A DNA stretch of 64,000 nt from Andalucia godoyi And28 (taxonomy: Eukaryota; Protista; Jakobida), in NCBI GenBank assembly GCA_009859145.1, contig VRVR01000042.1:197332-261331 (forward strand), given 5' to 3'. The position numbers and the translations under genes are program-made. Positions within the stretch are counted from its first letter, which is position 1. Each line of letters begins with the position of its first letter. The notes under the pieces are model-generated. The model saw only the letters and a list, made by a program, of their open reading frames with translations. It had not been told where the DNA came from and did not search any database. Below are positions 49,120 through 58,461 of the stretch, piece after piece.

Positions 49120-50577
49120 TCAAGTAGTAAACATCGCATTGGAAATCCAAAAAATAATGACTGCGAAAATAGCTGACAGTGGAATGGTAACAGCCCACGA
49201 CACCAATATTTTGTACAGAACTCGGAAATTTGTGTGTTTTCTGCCATTCACAAGAGCCACTCCAACAAGGCTTCCGACGGAAATGTGGGTAGTTGACACA
49301 GGAAGTCCCATCATAGTTGCAAGCAGTACGGAAAAGGCGGTGCCAAAATCCGCACAAAACCCCATGGAAAATGACAAACTGGTGATTTTGTGCCCAACAG
49401 TTTCCATTACAAGATGACCCCACAAGCTCAGGCCCAGAGAAATGCCAGATCCTCCCATTACTGCGATCCATAGGGGCATAGAAGTATCGTCTTTGACTTC
49501 TTGCGCATTATCAAGCTCGTACGCTTGCATAATAGCATTAAATGGACCAATCGCGTTAGCGGAATCGTTTCCTCCGTGTGCAAACGCCAACACCGCGGAC
49601 GTCAAGACCATGAGGGTTCCGAACCAGAGTTCCGCAATCTTTAAGCGATGTGCATGCTCCGAATTACCCACATCATTTGGTTTCAATGACGACGTTGAAG
49701 CACGATCTTCTGTCACTTCTTCATCCGTCTCAACCAACGGCTCATGTGCAAGAAGTTCAGCGTCCGCTGCGTCGCTGAGAACTTCAGAAGGTGGAAATTC
49801 GATCCCTGTCTCGGCTGTCTCTAATTCATGCTCGAGATCGTTACGGATGTCAACGCTGTCTGTGCGAGGTGACTTTTTCAGAACGAAAACAAGCACGATT
49901 GCGATAGCGGCGATGCACAACCCGAATCCTAGACTGATAAGAAACGATGCCCAGATCGGAATGTTTGGCCGGAGCTGCGATGGGCTTTTTAAGAACAGGA
50001 TGAAGAGCAGAGATCCACAAACCAGCCCGTACAGAAAAGGAACAAGCCGACGAGTCCACACGTCTGGAGTGCTGCTCTGCAACACGAAAGTCTTGAGTAT
50101 CCAAAAGAACGAAAAGGCAACAGAGAACCCCACGAATGGACTTGCGATCCAAGAAATAGCTGTCGTCCAAATCAAGCTGGTGGAAACGTTGGTGATCCCT
50201 TTGGTGTATATGCACAGCGCAACAACAGAACTGACAATCGCATGCGTGGTGGATACCGGCATCGAGAAGTACGTCGCAAGCATCGTGAAGACAAATGTCG
50301 CAGCAATTGCACTCCACATGCATATCATGAACAGCTGCATCTCGCCAGTGAACAGCGTTGGCGGAAGCAGGGATTTGATTGAATTCGCTACGTACTGACC
50401 CATAAGCACAGTTCCACAAAATTCCAGAATAGAACCGGTAATTGCAGCATTGCGGATTGAAATCGCTTTGGACCCAACAGAAGTGGCCCAAGAATTCGCA
50501 GTGTCATTGGCTCCAATCGAAAGCGAAAATAGAAACGAAACTATCCCTCCCGTCACAACAACAGCAGGGACTCCCAT
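49120..50577 (-). CDS. PiT/SLC20 (Pho89-like) inorganic phosphate transporter (485 aa)
   Basis: Both PiT signatures, IGANDTANSWATSVGS and AFAHGGNDSANAIGP, plus MPVSTTHAIV and GLPVSTTHISVG; about 12 TMs. Confidence 0.96.
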   Translation of the reverse strand: MGVPAVVVTGGIVSFLFSLSIGANDTANSWATSVGSKAISIRNAAITGSILEFCGTVLMGQYVANSIKSLLPPTLFTGEMQLFMICMWSAIAATFVFTMLATYFSMPVSTTHAIVSSVVALCIYTKGITNVSTSLIWTTAISWIASPFVGFSVAFSFFWILKTFVLQSSTPDVWTRRLVPFLYGLVCGSLLFILFLKSPSQLRPNIPIWASFLISLGFGLCIAAIAIVLVFVLKKSPRTDSVDIRNDLEHELETAETGIEFPPSEVLSDAADAELLAHEPLVETDEEVTEDRASTSSLKPNDVGNSEHAHRLKIAELWFGTLMVLTSAVLAFAHGGNDSANAIGPFNAIMQAYELDNAQEVKDDTSMPLWIAVMGGSGISLGLSLWGHLVMETVGHKITSLSFSMGFCADFGTAFSVLLATMMGLPVSTTHISVGSLVGVALVNGRKHTNFRVLYKILVSWAVTIPLSAIFAVIIFWISNAMFTT

Positions 50578-50962
50578 GTTGTTGCAGTACTCGTTTCACA
50601 AGAAAAATCCTACAGCAAAAAAGCAGACGAGAGAAAAGCCATCCAGAGCGGGCCCTCCTCTGAGAGGGGGGGGGGGGAAAGCAAAATAAATTAAAATTAA
50701 AAATATATATAAAGTAGACTGTATGTGAAAAGATCGTGAGAGTGCCCAGACGCCAACAACACAGAGGGGCACTTGATGCCCTTTTCTGCTATTTACCCAC
50801 TCCTGGACTTTCCAAACTTTTCCTCCTCCGATCCACGACACCTCAATTCATCCTCCAGAAAATGCAATCGAAGGGGGAGAGAGATATGCGTTCTTGCCCT
50901 CGTCAACTCAAACTTGAGCGTCCAGGGGGGAGAGGAGGATTTTGTGCACCACGATCTTTACA

Positions 50963-53218
50963 CTATACGTCTGATCGATCCGAGTAAATGTAAAAGGGAG
51001 GATCGACAGGCATCTGAGAAATGGGCAATGGTGGCAGCCGGCTCGGAGCTGCGGAAACAGTGTACGCAGAGTGTGGGTCCGGTCCTGACGCAGGATGCGG
51101 TGTCGATGCACCGCCGGATTCGGGGAAAAGACCTTCTTCCACTAGGTTCTGCGAATACTTGCGCTCGTTCTTCGTCCGCGGCAACGAACGAGACCTCGCC
51201 GGCCGCGATTCGTCGTCATCGATGGACAGCTGGTCTGGAAATTGCGCTGTCGCACGAGCAATGTTGCTCAAATCTTTCGAACTGGCACTGTGGTTACCAC
51301 GAGGAGGAGGGAAGAAGGCTGATCTCAGTCGGTACTTGTTCGGAATCAGCTCCACCATCAACTCGGGAGCAGAGATTCCTTTTAGGGGAACAAATCCAAT
51401 GAACTTCACAAATGGATCGCCACACTTGCGAAGAATGTCGTCTGTGGCAGTTAACTTCGCCCATGTTGCACCGGACACAATAATCTGTCCTCCGTGTCCA
51501 GCGGAAGAAACGCGAGCTGCGAGATTGATGGATGGCGAGAAAAAGTCCCATCGACGAATGCTGGGGTCCCACGATGGTTCTGCAAATCCACAGTGAATCC
51601 CCATTCTGACACGCAAGCCACGGAAGATGCACACGGAAGGGCGCTCCGGGTGTTCGGGATCCTTGGCGTACTGTTCTTTGCAGATGGACTGCGGCCAGTC
51701 GGCCAGCATAAACGCCTCCTGAACACCAAGCGTCCACTTGACGGCGTCCATGAACTCTTGGAACACAAGGAACAGCGAGTCACCTTCACTTTTGACGATG
51801 TAGCCGTGAAACTTTGCTGCCAGTTCACGCATGATTTCGTAGTGCATGTGAACGGCACGCTGCATGTGAACAGGCGACTCTTCCCAGAGAGCAGTGGATC
51901 CTTGTACGTCCGTGAACACAATTGCAATATCGCCATGAGGGGGTCTTTCGGAGTCTCCAGACACAATTCTCGACAGCGCAACGCGGCGTTTGTGCGTGTA
52001 CCACGAAAATCCAATGAGCGTCGCGATCACGAGAAGTCCCACTACAGAAAATACGGCTACAAGAATGAGCGTTGTTCCGGTCAGCTGCGTATCCGAACTC
52101 CCGGAAACGGATGCTTTTGGAAGCGGAACGAGGTCATACAGATACTCCCCGTTGACCGACACTCCCTTCAAAATGAGAGTAATCCGATCTCGCAGCGCCG
52201 CTGACAGTGGAACCATGGTGTTATCATTGAGAATCGAGTCCGCCTGTGCTTCTGTCAGGAACCAGTTCACGAACCGCAGGACTTCCAGAGCTTGAGTCCG
52301 CGATGACTGGGTAGTGTTGTGCACCATGAAGTACGTATAACTCGCGATGGGCCAAGAGAGCGTTCCGGGAGCATCCGTAATCGTCGCGATCATCCGGAAG
52401 GGGCTTTGAAACACGCTTCCAAAATCGGTCATGGCAGACTGGATCGTTCCGCTTGTCGCAGACACCGTGTTGTTCGCCTTGTTAATCAGTCTGCTCAATG
52501 CAACATCGAAATAAACGGCAGAGGCAGGGTTCAGATATCCGATGCTGTATGTGTTTGCAAGAATCTGAAATGAGACTCCCCGATTTTGCAGCCCATAGTA
52601 CTGCACAACAGGCCAGGTCGGTATGGAATTCACGCCTATTACAGTACCGAAGCCAGAAGGATCAAACTGCGAAAGGGCACTAGTAAATGCTTCGGTGGTA
52701 CCGCTCTTGTCTTGCCGAACAACAATACTAATCCGCTGGGTGGGAAGCGACAGCGAGGGATTCAGAGCGACTATTTGAGAATCGTTCCACCATCGGATTG
52801 CACCGAGGAAGATCTGGGCAGTCACGTATCTCGACAGAACCAACTGCCCCGAAGAGATGCCCGGTAAGTTGTACCCAATCACAACAGCGCCAGCAAACGA
52901 CGGGAACATTACGACGTCTGTGCTGTTCCTGTTATTCTTTTCGGCCGCAGAAAGATCCTCGTCGCTGCCCGCAAAGTCTACAGCGCTTGACAAGATCTGC
53001 GACTTGCCCGATCCAGATCCCGTCGCGGCATACGTAATTTTCACTGCATTGTCTCTCGACGAGCCAAATGCAACAGCCCATGCATTGTAGACATCCGCTG
53101 CAAACGACGAGCCAGCGCCAGAAACGGAAACTTGCGCTCCGCTGGAAAACGAAACCGTAGATGAAAGAAGGAGCAGAAGGAACACGGCAGCTAACGACAT
53201 GCAAGGACTCTTTTTCAT
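50963..53218 (-). CDS. Receptor adenylyl cyclase: signal peptide, PstS phosphate-binding domain, single TM, class III cyclase (751 aa; alternative start 53200)
   Basis: PstS: GAGSSF, TGSGSG, FAGSD, VRQDKSGTT, WPIASYTY. TM: LILVAVFSVVGLLVIATLIGFSWY. Cyclase: VFTDVQGST, VKSEGDS, LRVRMGIHCG, WDFFSPSINLAARV, GGQIIVS. Confidence 0.95.
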   Translation of the reverse strand: MKKSPCMSLAAVFLLLLLSSTVSFSSGAQVSVSGAGSSFAADVYNAWAVAFGSSRDNAVKITYAATGSGSGKSQILSSAVDFAGSDEDLSAAEKNNRNSTDVVMFPSFAGAVVIGYNLPGISSGQLVLSRYVTAQIFLGAIRWWNDSQIVALNPSLSLPTQRISIVVRQDKSGTTEAFTSALSQFDPSGFGTVIGVNSIPTWPVVQYYGLQNRGVSFQILANTYSIGYLNPASAVYFDVALSRLINKANNTVSATSGTIQSAMTDFGSVFQSPFRMIATITDAPGTLSWPIASYTYFMVHNTTQSSRTQALEVLRFVNWFLTEAQADSILNDNTMVPLSAALRDRITLILKGVSVNGEYLYDLVPLPKASVSGSSDTQLTGTTLILVAVFSVVGLLVIATLIGFSWYTHKRRVALSRIVSGDSERPPHGDIAIVFTDVQGSTALWEESPVHMQRAVHMHYEIMRELAAKFHGYIVKSEGDSLFLVFQEFMDAVKWTLGVQEAFMLADWPQSICKEQYAKDPEHPERPSVCIFRGLRVRMGIHCGFAEPSWDPSIRRWDFFSPSINLAARVSSAGHGGQIIVSGATWAKLTATDDILRKCGDPFVKFIGFVPLKGISAPELMVELIPNKYRLRSAFFPPPRGNHSASSKDLSNIARATAQFPDQLSIDDDESRPARSRSLPRTKNERKYSQNLVEEGLFPESGGASTPHPASGPDPHSAYTVSAAPSRLPPLPISQMPVDPPFYIYSDRSDV

Positions 53219-53697
53219 CGCAGCGCAACGGGGATGTTTTTGAGGATGATTTTACAGGCTGGGTGAACTCAAAAGTACATAAATCCCGTACAAAATATCA
53301 GTGAAGGGTGGACTGGATATGGCATGTATTCAGCAGAGAAATGTGATTTTTTTTTTTTTTTTTTGGAATAGAGAAGAAGAGTGGAAAAAACTCAGTCTGG
53401 AAAACGGCCAGTCCGTTCGGACCATCCACAGTTTGCTGCCAAGGTCCGCTCAGTCTAGGAACAGCTTTCACAGTGGAACGAAGTCTGCTGGTAGCAGCTT
53501 CTGGAAATTTACGGGATGTATGTCCCATACGTTGTCTTCAATCCCTTTTTGAACGCCTTCAGAGAAATCTGGAGAAGCAGAAAGGGGGATACTGCTGCGA
53601 CCGCTGTTTCTGCAGTTTTTGCAGTTTCTGCTGCGACGGCTGCAACAATCCATTCTTCCGCTGGCTAACACGGCTGGGGTTGCTGGTTTTTGTCACC

Positions 53698-53985
53698 CGC
53701 CTACATTTCACACTAGTCATGGTTGATCATTGCAGCAGTCTCTGGGCGGAACTGGAAAAGTGGCCTCATGCCAGCATCTGGCGCGCATTTTTGTGCCGGA
53801 TGCAGCGTTTCTTCCCTTCTGCCGGCTCCCTCCGCACCGTACGAAATGGGGTCGAATTTCGGAAGGATGATGGTGTCTTACTCTCTCATACAGCCTTTTT
53901 GCAAGCTTGCGACGCATGTCCGTTGTCAGGTTACGGATCTGCTGATGTATCCGCAATCACGCGCCTCTTGTCGAAAGTCTTGTGC
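53698..53985 (-). mobile_element. Decayed Fanzor2-type relic, copy D (REC/RuvC-II-region remnant plus right end)
   Basis: Frameshifted LRIHQQIRNLTTDMRRKLAKRL / DTIILPKF / ARQMLA*GHF/QFR/QRLL, ending in TAGTGTGAAATGTAGGCG at 53715-53698. Left end not resolved. Confidence 0.75.
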
Positions 53986-54268
53986 ACATCAGACGGGAGA
54001 ATAAACATTCAAGGATACATGAGTGAAAGAAAATATCAAAAGAAAATAAAAACGATCAGAAAAATGGACGACAATGCTTAGAGATGCTTTGTGAAAGAAC
54101 GGTTCCCGGAAAGGATGAAGCAAGATTATTCGATTAACAAAACGCAGGGGGTTTGGAGGAGCAGCCGATCTGTTCACACATGCATGTGTCTGTTTGATCA
54201 TGTGTGCTTCACCAGAACCGGTAAGAAAATGTGCCAGACAATGGATTTACTTAACTTCGCATATGCAT

Positions 54269-56602
54269 CTATCTTCGCATTCCGGACGACGCGGCACCGA
54301 GCACAACAGACACAAAAATGGCGGCGATGATACTGGAAGCGAGAATTCCTGGTCCGTATCGATCATTCCAGCGGAATCCACTATCCATGGAACCAATTGC
54401 TGTTCCGCGCTGGTAGTACACGTAGAGAGCGTAGATAAGGACCAGAAACGCCACAAGGAGGAAGCAAAATCCGCCTATCGCAGCACTGGAATCCATGTTG
54501 AACAATGCGACACCCACTGTTGAAAGCAGAACGGCAGCGTTCATCCAAGAAAGGAATGTCCGTTCGTTGGCAAAGTACGTTTTTGGCTCGGCACCCCTCC
54601 CCTTCTTTCCTTTTGCAGGAACGTTTGGCACTGTTGCAAACGACCGCATTCGTTGCTCCGCACTTCCGGACGCAGTCGGGATATGCACCGTTGAAGCTCC
54701 TCCTGTCGCTCTTGCCGTTGCTGCTGTTGTGGCGATCGTCGTCGGCGGTCGAGACTTTCCAAAAGAAAACCAACTCTTCGTCGTCGATTTGGATTTCCGA
54801 GGAATCTTTTCATCTCCCGGCAGCAACTGCGCCCCATCATCGTCCTCTGCATGGCGATTATGACCTGCAGCAGCGAGTGAAGGCGGGTCCGAAGACATCC
54901 AGAGTGTCACCTGGTCCGCAGATGATGCAGGACTGCTGCCGCCGTTCGTATCGGCACTCTCTTTTCCCGAACGTTTCTTTGACACTTGTCCTGTCGGACT
55001 GCTGGGAATCGTGAATATGTCCGGATGCTCAATAATCCATCTCGGAAATGCAGGAACGCGTTCGGGGAACAGAACAGCGGCTCCGTGAATATACTTTGAA
55101 AACTTGCCCGATTCTTTGGCAGACATCAGAAGGTCCCCGTCCGCCATCAGCTCTGCAGCCCACGCAGGAGGATTCTTGACAAAGTCCTTTTCCAGTTTCA
55201 CCTCGAGGATGGCATAGGGAAAGCGGTACACATCCGATTCACGAACGGATTCTGGATCAGTATACCATTCGCGAGCACCGTACATATCGCACGACTCGCG
55301 AATTAAGCTCATTCCGGTGTCCAGAGATATGCGAACGGAGTTATCTCCCGGAATCTGAAATGCAGTTCGAAGGTATGTCGTTCGAACCATTGGCTTGATT
55401 TTCAGGGCCGCGGCTTTCTGGAGGATGTCTGCGTACACGGGGTTCTTAGCTCGCCAGGATTCCGATGGTTCGGCACTTCCCAAATGCTCACCCAACAGAT
55501 ATGGCACGACGATGTCATCGGACCACTTGAACCGTTCTTTTGCCGATTCGAGGCCGGAGACATCGGATTCATGATGCACTTTTTCTTCAACAAACACAGT
55601 GCTTCCGGAATAGCGGGACACTGGCTTCGCACCTCCGTCTGTTCCGTTTCTTGACGTCTTATCCTGCTTTGCTGAGTTGCTCGTAGTTTCTGCAGCAGAC
55701 GAGCTGTTATACTGATCCCCTGGCGTGGACCCGCCGTACCAACGAATGCGGATCAGTGACGCACCCTCTTCTCTTTCCATTCGAGACTGGTACAAATCAA
55801 AATTGTCACTGTCAAAGTACACTGAGTGGATCTCCTGCGAAACCGTTCCCCGCGACTCATCGAAACCAGTGTAGCAGTAAATAGGCAAGTTCTCAACTAT
55901 TCTGCAAATGAGCCTGGGAACATCCGTCGGATTCACCCAAAACTTGAAGCTCTTACGCTCAAACGAGCTGAAATCCCTGTCTGCCTCTGCGGTCTTGTGG
56001 TTTCCAGAGGAAACTGGATCTTTAAACAAGGCCTCCACGGCTTCTTCCTGCTTCTTCAGTCCCTGAAACAGCTGTGAAATCCGCCAGAAAACAGCCTCGA
56101 GAGATATCAGAGGACACAGCTTCGTTCTGCGTAGCTGCAGTTCCCAAAAGGGACTCAGTACTCTTGCATTTTCCTGCTTGTCATGCTTCTTCAGGGCCTT
56201 GCGGAGTGCTGTTTGGTTGATATATCCGAAGGCCGAAATCCGTACTGCAGTCATTACAGCCTGCCTCAGCTTCGCGCGAATTTTCTCGGACTTTTCAGTG
56301 TTGAACATGTCGTTTTCTGGCGGGAAAGCCCCCGAGCTGAAAGCCAGAATACTGTCTGAGTGCTCCTTCTCAAGAGACGTAAGCTCGATTTGGAGAGTCT
56401 TCACGACTCGAGAGTAATGGTCGTTCGTTTTGCGATACTCGTGATCAATGGCATCCGCAAACATCTCTTCGGAGCCTAGGTGCTTCTTGCTGACGCGCTT
56501 AATGAGCTTCTTCAGATATTTGAAATCCACAAACTGCGAATCCCAGGCAGGTTCGCCATTCTGCTCGATGACCTCACGAAGGTACTTTCCGAATTTCACC
56601 AT
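54269..56602 (-). CDS. VTC4: Vacuolar transporter chaperone, Vtc4-like polyphosphate polymerase: SPX, VTC/TTM catalytic domain, 3-TM DUF202 (777 aa)
   Basis: SPX: MVKFGK, LKK, NQTALRKALKKHDK. Catalytic: FERKSFKFWV, SVYFD, LIRIRWYG, VEEK, KERF, RTAFQIPGDNSVRISLDT, FPYAILEVKL, KFSKYIHG. TM region EPKTYFANERTFLSW. Confidence 0.93.
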   Translation of the reverse strand: MVKFGKYLREVIEQNGEPAWDSQFVDFKYLKKLIKRVSKKHLGSEEMFADAIDHEYRKTNDHYSRVVKTLQIELTSLEKEHSDSILAFSSGAFPPENDMFNTEKSEKIRAKLRQAVMTAVRISAFGYINQTALRKALKKHDKQENARVLSPFWELQLRRTKLCPLISLEAVFWRISQLFQGLKKQEEAVEALFKDPVSSGNHKTAEADRDFSSFERKSFKFWVNPTDVPRLICRIVENLPIYCYTGFDESRGTVSQEIHSVYFDSDNFDLYQSRMEREEGASLIRIRWYGGSTPGDQYNSSSAAETTSNSAKQDKTSRNGTDGGAKPVSRYSGSTVFVEEKVHHESDVSGLESAKERFKWSDDIVVPYLLGEHLGSAEPSESWRAKNPVYADILQKAAALKIKPMVRTTYLRTAFQIPGDNSVRISLDTGMSLIRESCDMYGAREWYTDPESVRESDVYRFPYAILEVKLEKDFVKNPPAWAAELMADGDLLMSAKESGKFSKYIHGAAVLFPERVPAFPRWIIEHPDIFTIPSSPTGQVSKKRSGKESADTNGGSSPASSADQVTLWMSSDPPSLAAAGHNRHAEDDDGAQLLPGDEKIPRKSKSTTKSWFSFGKSRPPTTIATTAATARATGGASTVHIPTASGSAEQRMRSFATVPNVPAKGKKGRGAEPKTYFANERTFLSWMNAAVLLSTVGVALFNMDSSAAIGGFCFLLVAFLVLIYALYVYYQRGTAIGSMDSGFRWNDRYGPGILASSIIAAIFVSVVLGAASSGMRR

Positions 56603-57086
56603 ACTGTCCTAATTAAAATCTTGAACCGAAGAAAACAGGATGGACTCAGGATTTCCGAAAAACTGGAGGAAACTTTGCTGAGAGAGCTCAGTGTGCTTTT
56701 CATTTTTATGCTTGGCGGTCCTGCTGCTGAGGGATGGACCGCGAAAGGAATCTGGCTGACGGTACGAACCCCCTGAGCTCCGGGGCTACTGCTTGGTGAT
56801 TGACAGCAATCCGATGTCGGAGCAGCCCCATAAATGGAAAATCCCACGACGATGAATGTCCTCCTTGCATCGGCAGCCTCGACGAAAACTTCCTCGGAGA
56901 TTTTCAGCAGCTGCAAGCAGGGCAGCAGCAGCATCCTTTTTCGGAGGGAAAAAAGGGGGAGGTGGGGAGGGGATACTCCATCTCGATTGTCCCAGTTTTT
57001 CGTGTGTACGAACCCCAAGAATGCTCGAATAGTCTTCGGATGCGAATTGCGATATCATTCCCGCCGTTTTACGCAATCTCTGTTCA

Positions 57087-58202
57087 ATGGAATCCTCTCT
57101 GGGTACTCTAGTTTTAGTGCTTTTTTGTGGCCTGTTTGTGCACATTGATGCGTCTGCATTTTCTATTTCATCTCGGGAGTTCCAGATCACGTTGTCCACT
57201 GATTTGTTTTTGAACTCGGACAAATCTTTTGACCCGGCTGTGTACGAAGGCAGGACTGCGCAGTTTGCGGCTGACCTCGAACGTCTTTCTCATTTTCCTG
57301 GGCTGGCTGGAAAGGTGGCCATCGATCCGGCTCGCATCAAGTATGACTCATCGGAACTGGTGTACCACTGGGTACTGACTCCGCCCTCTGAGCTCCAAGC
57401 GAGCAAAGTCGTCTTCAAATCGCGCCCGGCATCGAAAAAAACTGGATTTTATGATTTGGTATGGAAAATCGCAAATGTTGACCCTGCTATTTCCCTTCAA
57501 AACATCGCCGTTGGCAGTGCTACGAACAAGTCGTTTGTATCCGAAGTCAAGTTAAAAACAGAACTCGACGTGCATTTTTACGCAACGGAAAAGGGCTTCA
57601 GTGGTCTGGGACGCGTTGCACAGAGCGTTGCGTGCACCATGGTCGGCTGGACGGAAGACAAGATTCCAGAGCAGTTTGATGTCGATCAACTCTTCCCAAA
57701 CATTTCGAGAGTGTTACGACTAAGCAGCGCAGAGCCCCCAGTGTTGACACGATCGAGACTGAGTCGAGTTTACGCTGCCACCATTCCTGCGAAAATCTTA
57801 GATGAGACCGTTGACATCGTCGTGGAAGCCACTGTGGAGGGCAAGCCCAACAGTGATGCTGAAGTGAGCGTCGAGATAAGTTGGAAGATCAAGGAAGAAA
57901 CCCCTGACCTGAGCACACTCACACTTTCGGAAGCGTTTGGTGGACTTGTTGTTCAGACCGACTGGTCTTTGTTGAAAATTACAGAAAAGACGCTCTCTGA
58001 TTCCGCCACACTCGGAGATTCTGACCACGGTAAACAGGAAAACACGACGATAATCATCGTCGTCCTCACTCTGGTGTCTGCAGGTTGTGCTTTTGGGATG
58101 GGATTTTCCGCAGCATGGTGGTGGTATCGAAAACACTCAACCTCTTCGTTCGCTCATCGATTAGAGGAGGATACTGGCGCAAAAGAAAATCGCGACAACT
58201 GA
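57087..58202 (+). CDS. Type I membrane protein of unknown function (371 aa)
   Basis: Signal peptide MESSLGTLVLVLFCGLFVHIDA; C-terminal TM IIIVVLTLVSAGCAFGMGFSAAWWWY followed by RKH. Confidence 0.8.
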   Translation: MESSLGTLVLVLFCGLFVHIDASAFSISSREFQITLSTDLFLNSDKSFDPAVYEGRTAQFAADLERLSHFPGLAGKVAIDPARIKYDSSELVYHWVLTPPSELQASKVVFKSRPASKKTGFYDLVWKIANVDPAISLQNIAVGSATNKSFVSEVKLKTELDVHFYATEKGFSGLGRVAQSVACTMVGWTEDKIPEQFDVDQLFPNISRVLRLSSAEPPVLTRSRLSRVYAATIPAKILDETVDIVVEATVEGKPNSDAEVSVEISWKIKEETPDLSTLTLSEAFGGLVVQTDWSLLKITEKTLSDSATLGDSDHGKQENTTIIIVVLTLVSAGCAFGMGFSAAWWWYRKHSTSSFAHRLEEDTGAKENRDN

Positions 58203-58461
58203 CAGATAAACGGTGTGGCGGACGGTGGAAGCGAAGACGCACGCCATGAGGAATAATGATAAAAAATAAAAAGACAGTACTTCTTTGCGGAACCCCGAAA
58301 ACCTTGAGGAGGGTATTATTCGAAAATCCTTCCGTGCAGATCTTTAACACGTGCAGCCCTTCACCTCCTGCGAGTGAGTGAGTAAGCGAGTACGTGCGCA
58401 GTTTTCTCATATGCTTTAACACCACAGAGAGTTCCACCCGTGGATTCACATTCCTTTGAAA

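Noticed and set aside
49442-50398. 318-aa plus-strand ORF
   Set aside because: Antisense shadow of the PiT transporter, with no motifs of its own.
53473-54081. 202-aa plus-strand ORF between PstS-AC and VTC4
   Set aside because: Non-ATG start, no recognisable domain, and it overlaps the minus-strand Fanzor relic, which explains the sequence better.
54185-54245. Left end of Fanzor copy D
   Set aside because: Only short matches (GTGTCTGTTT, GACAATGG) with the wrong spacing relative to copies A/B.
49120-56602. Bacterial pst operon or contaminant
   Set aside because: No PstA/B/C or PhoU; VTC4/SPX is eukaryotic; the spacers resemble the rest of the window.
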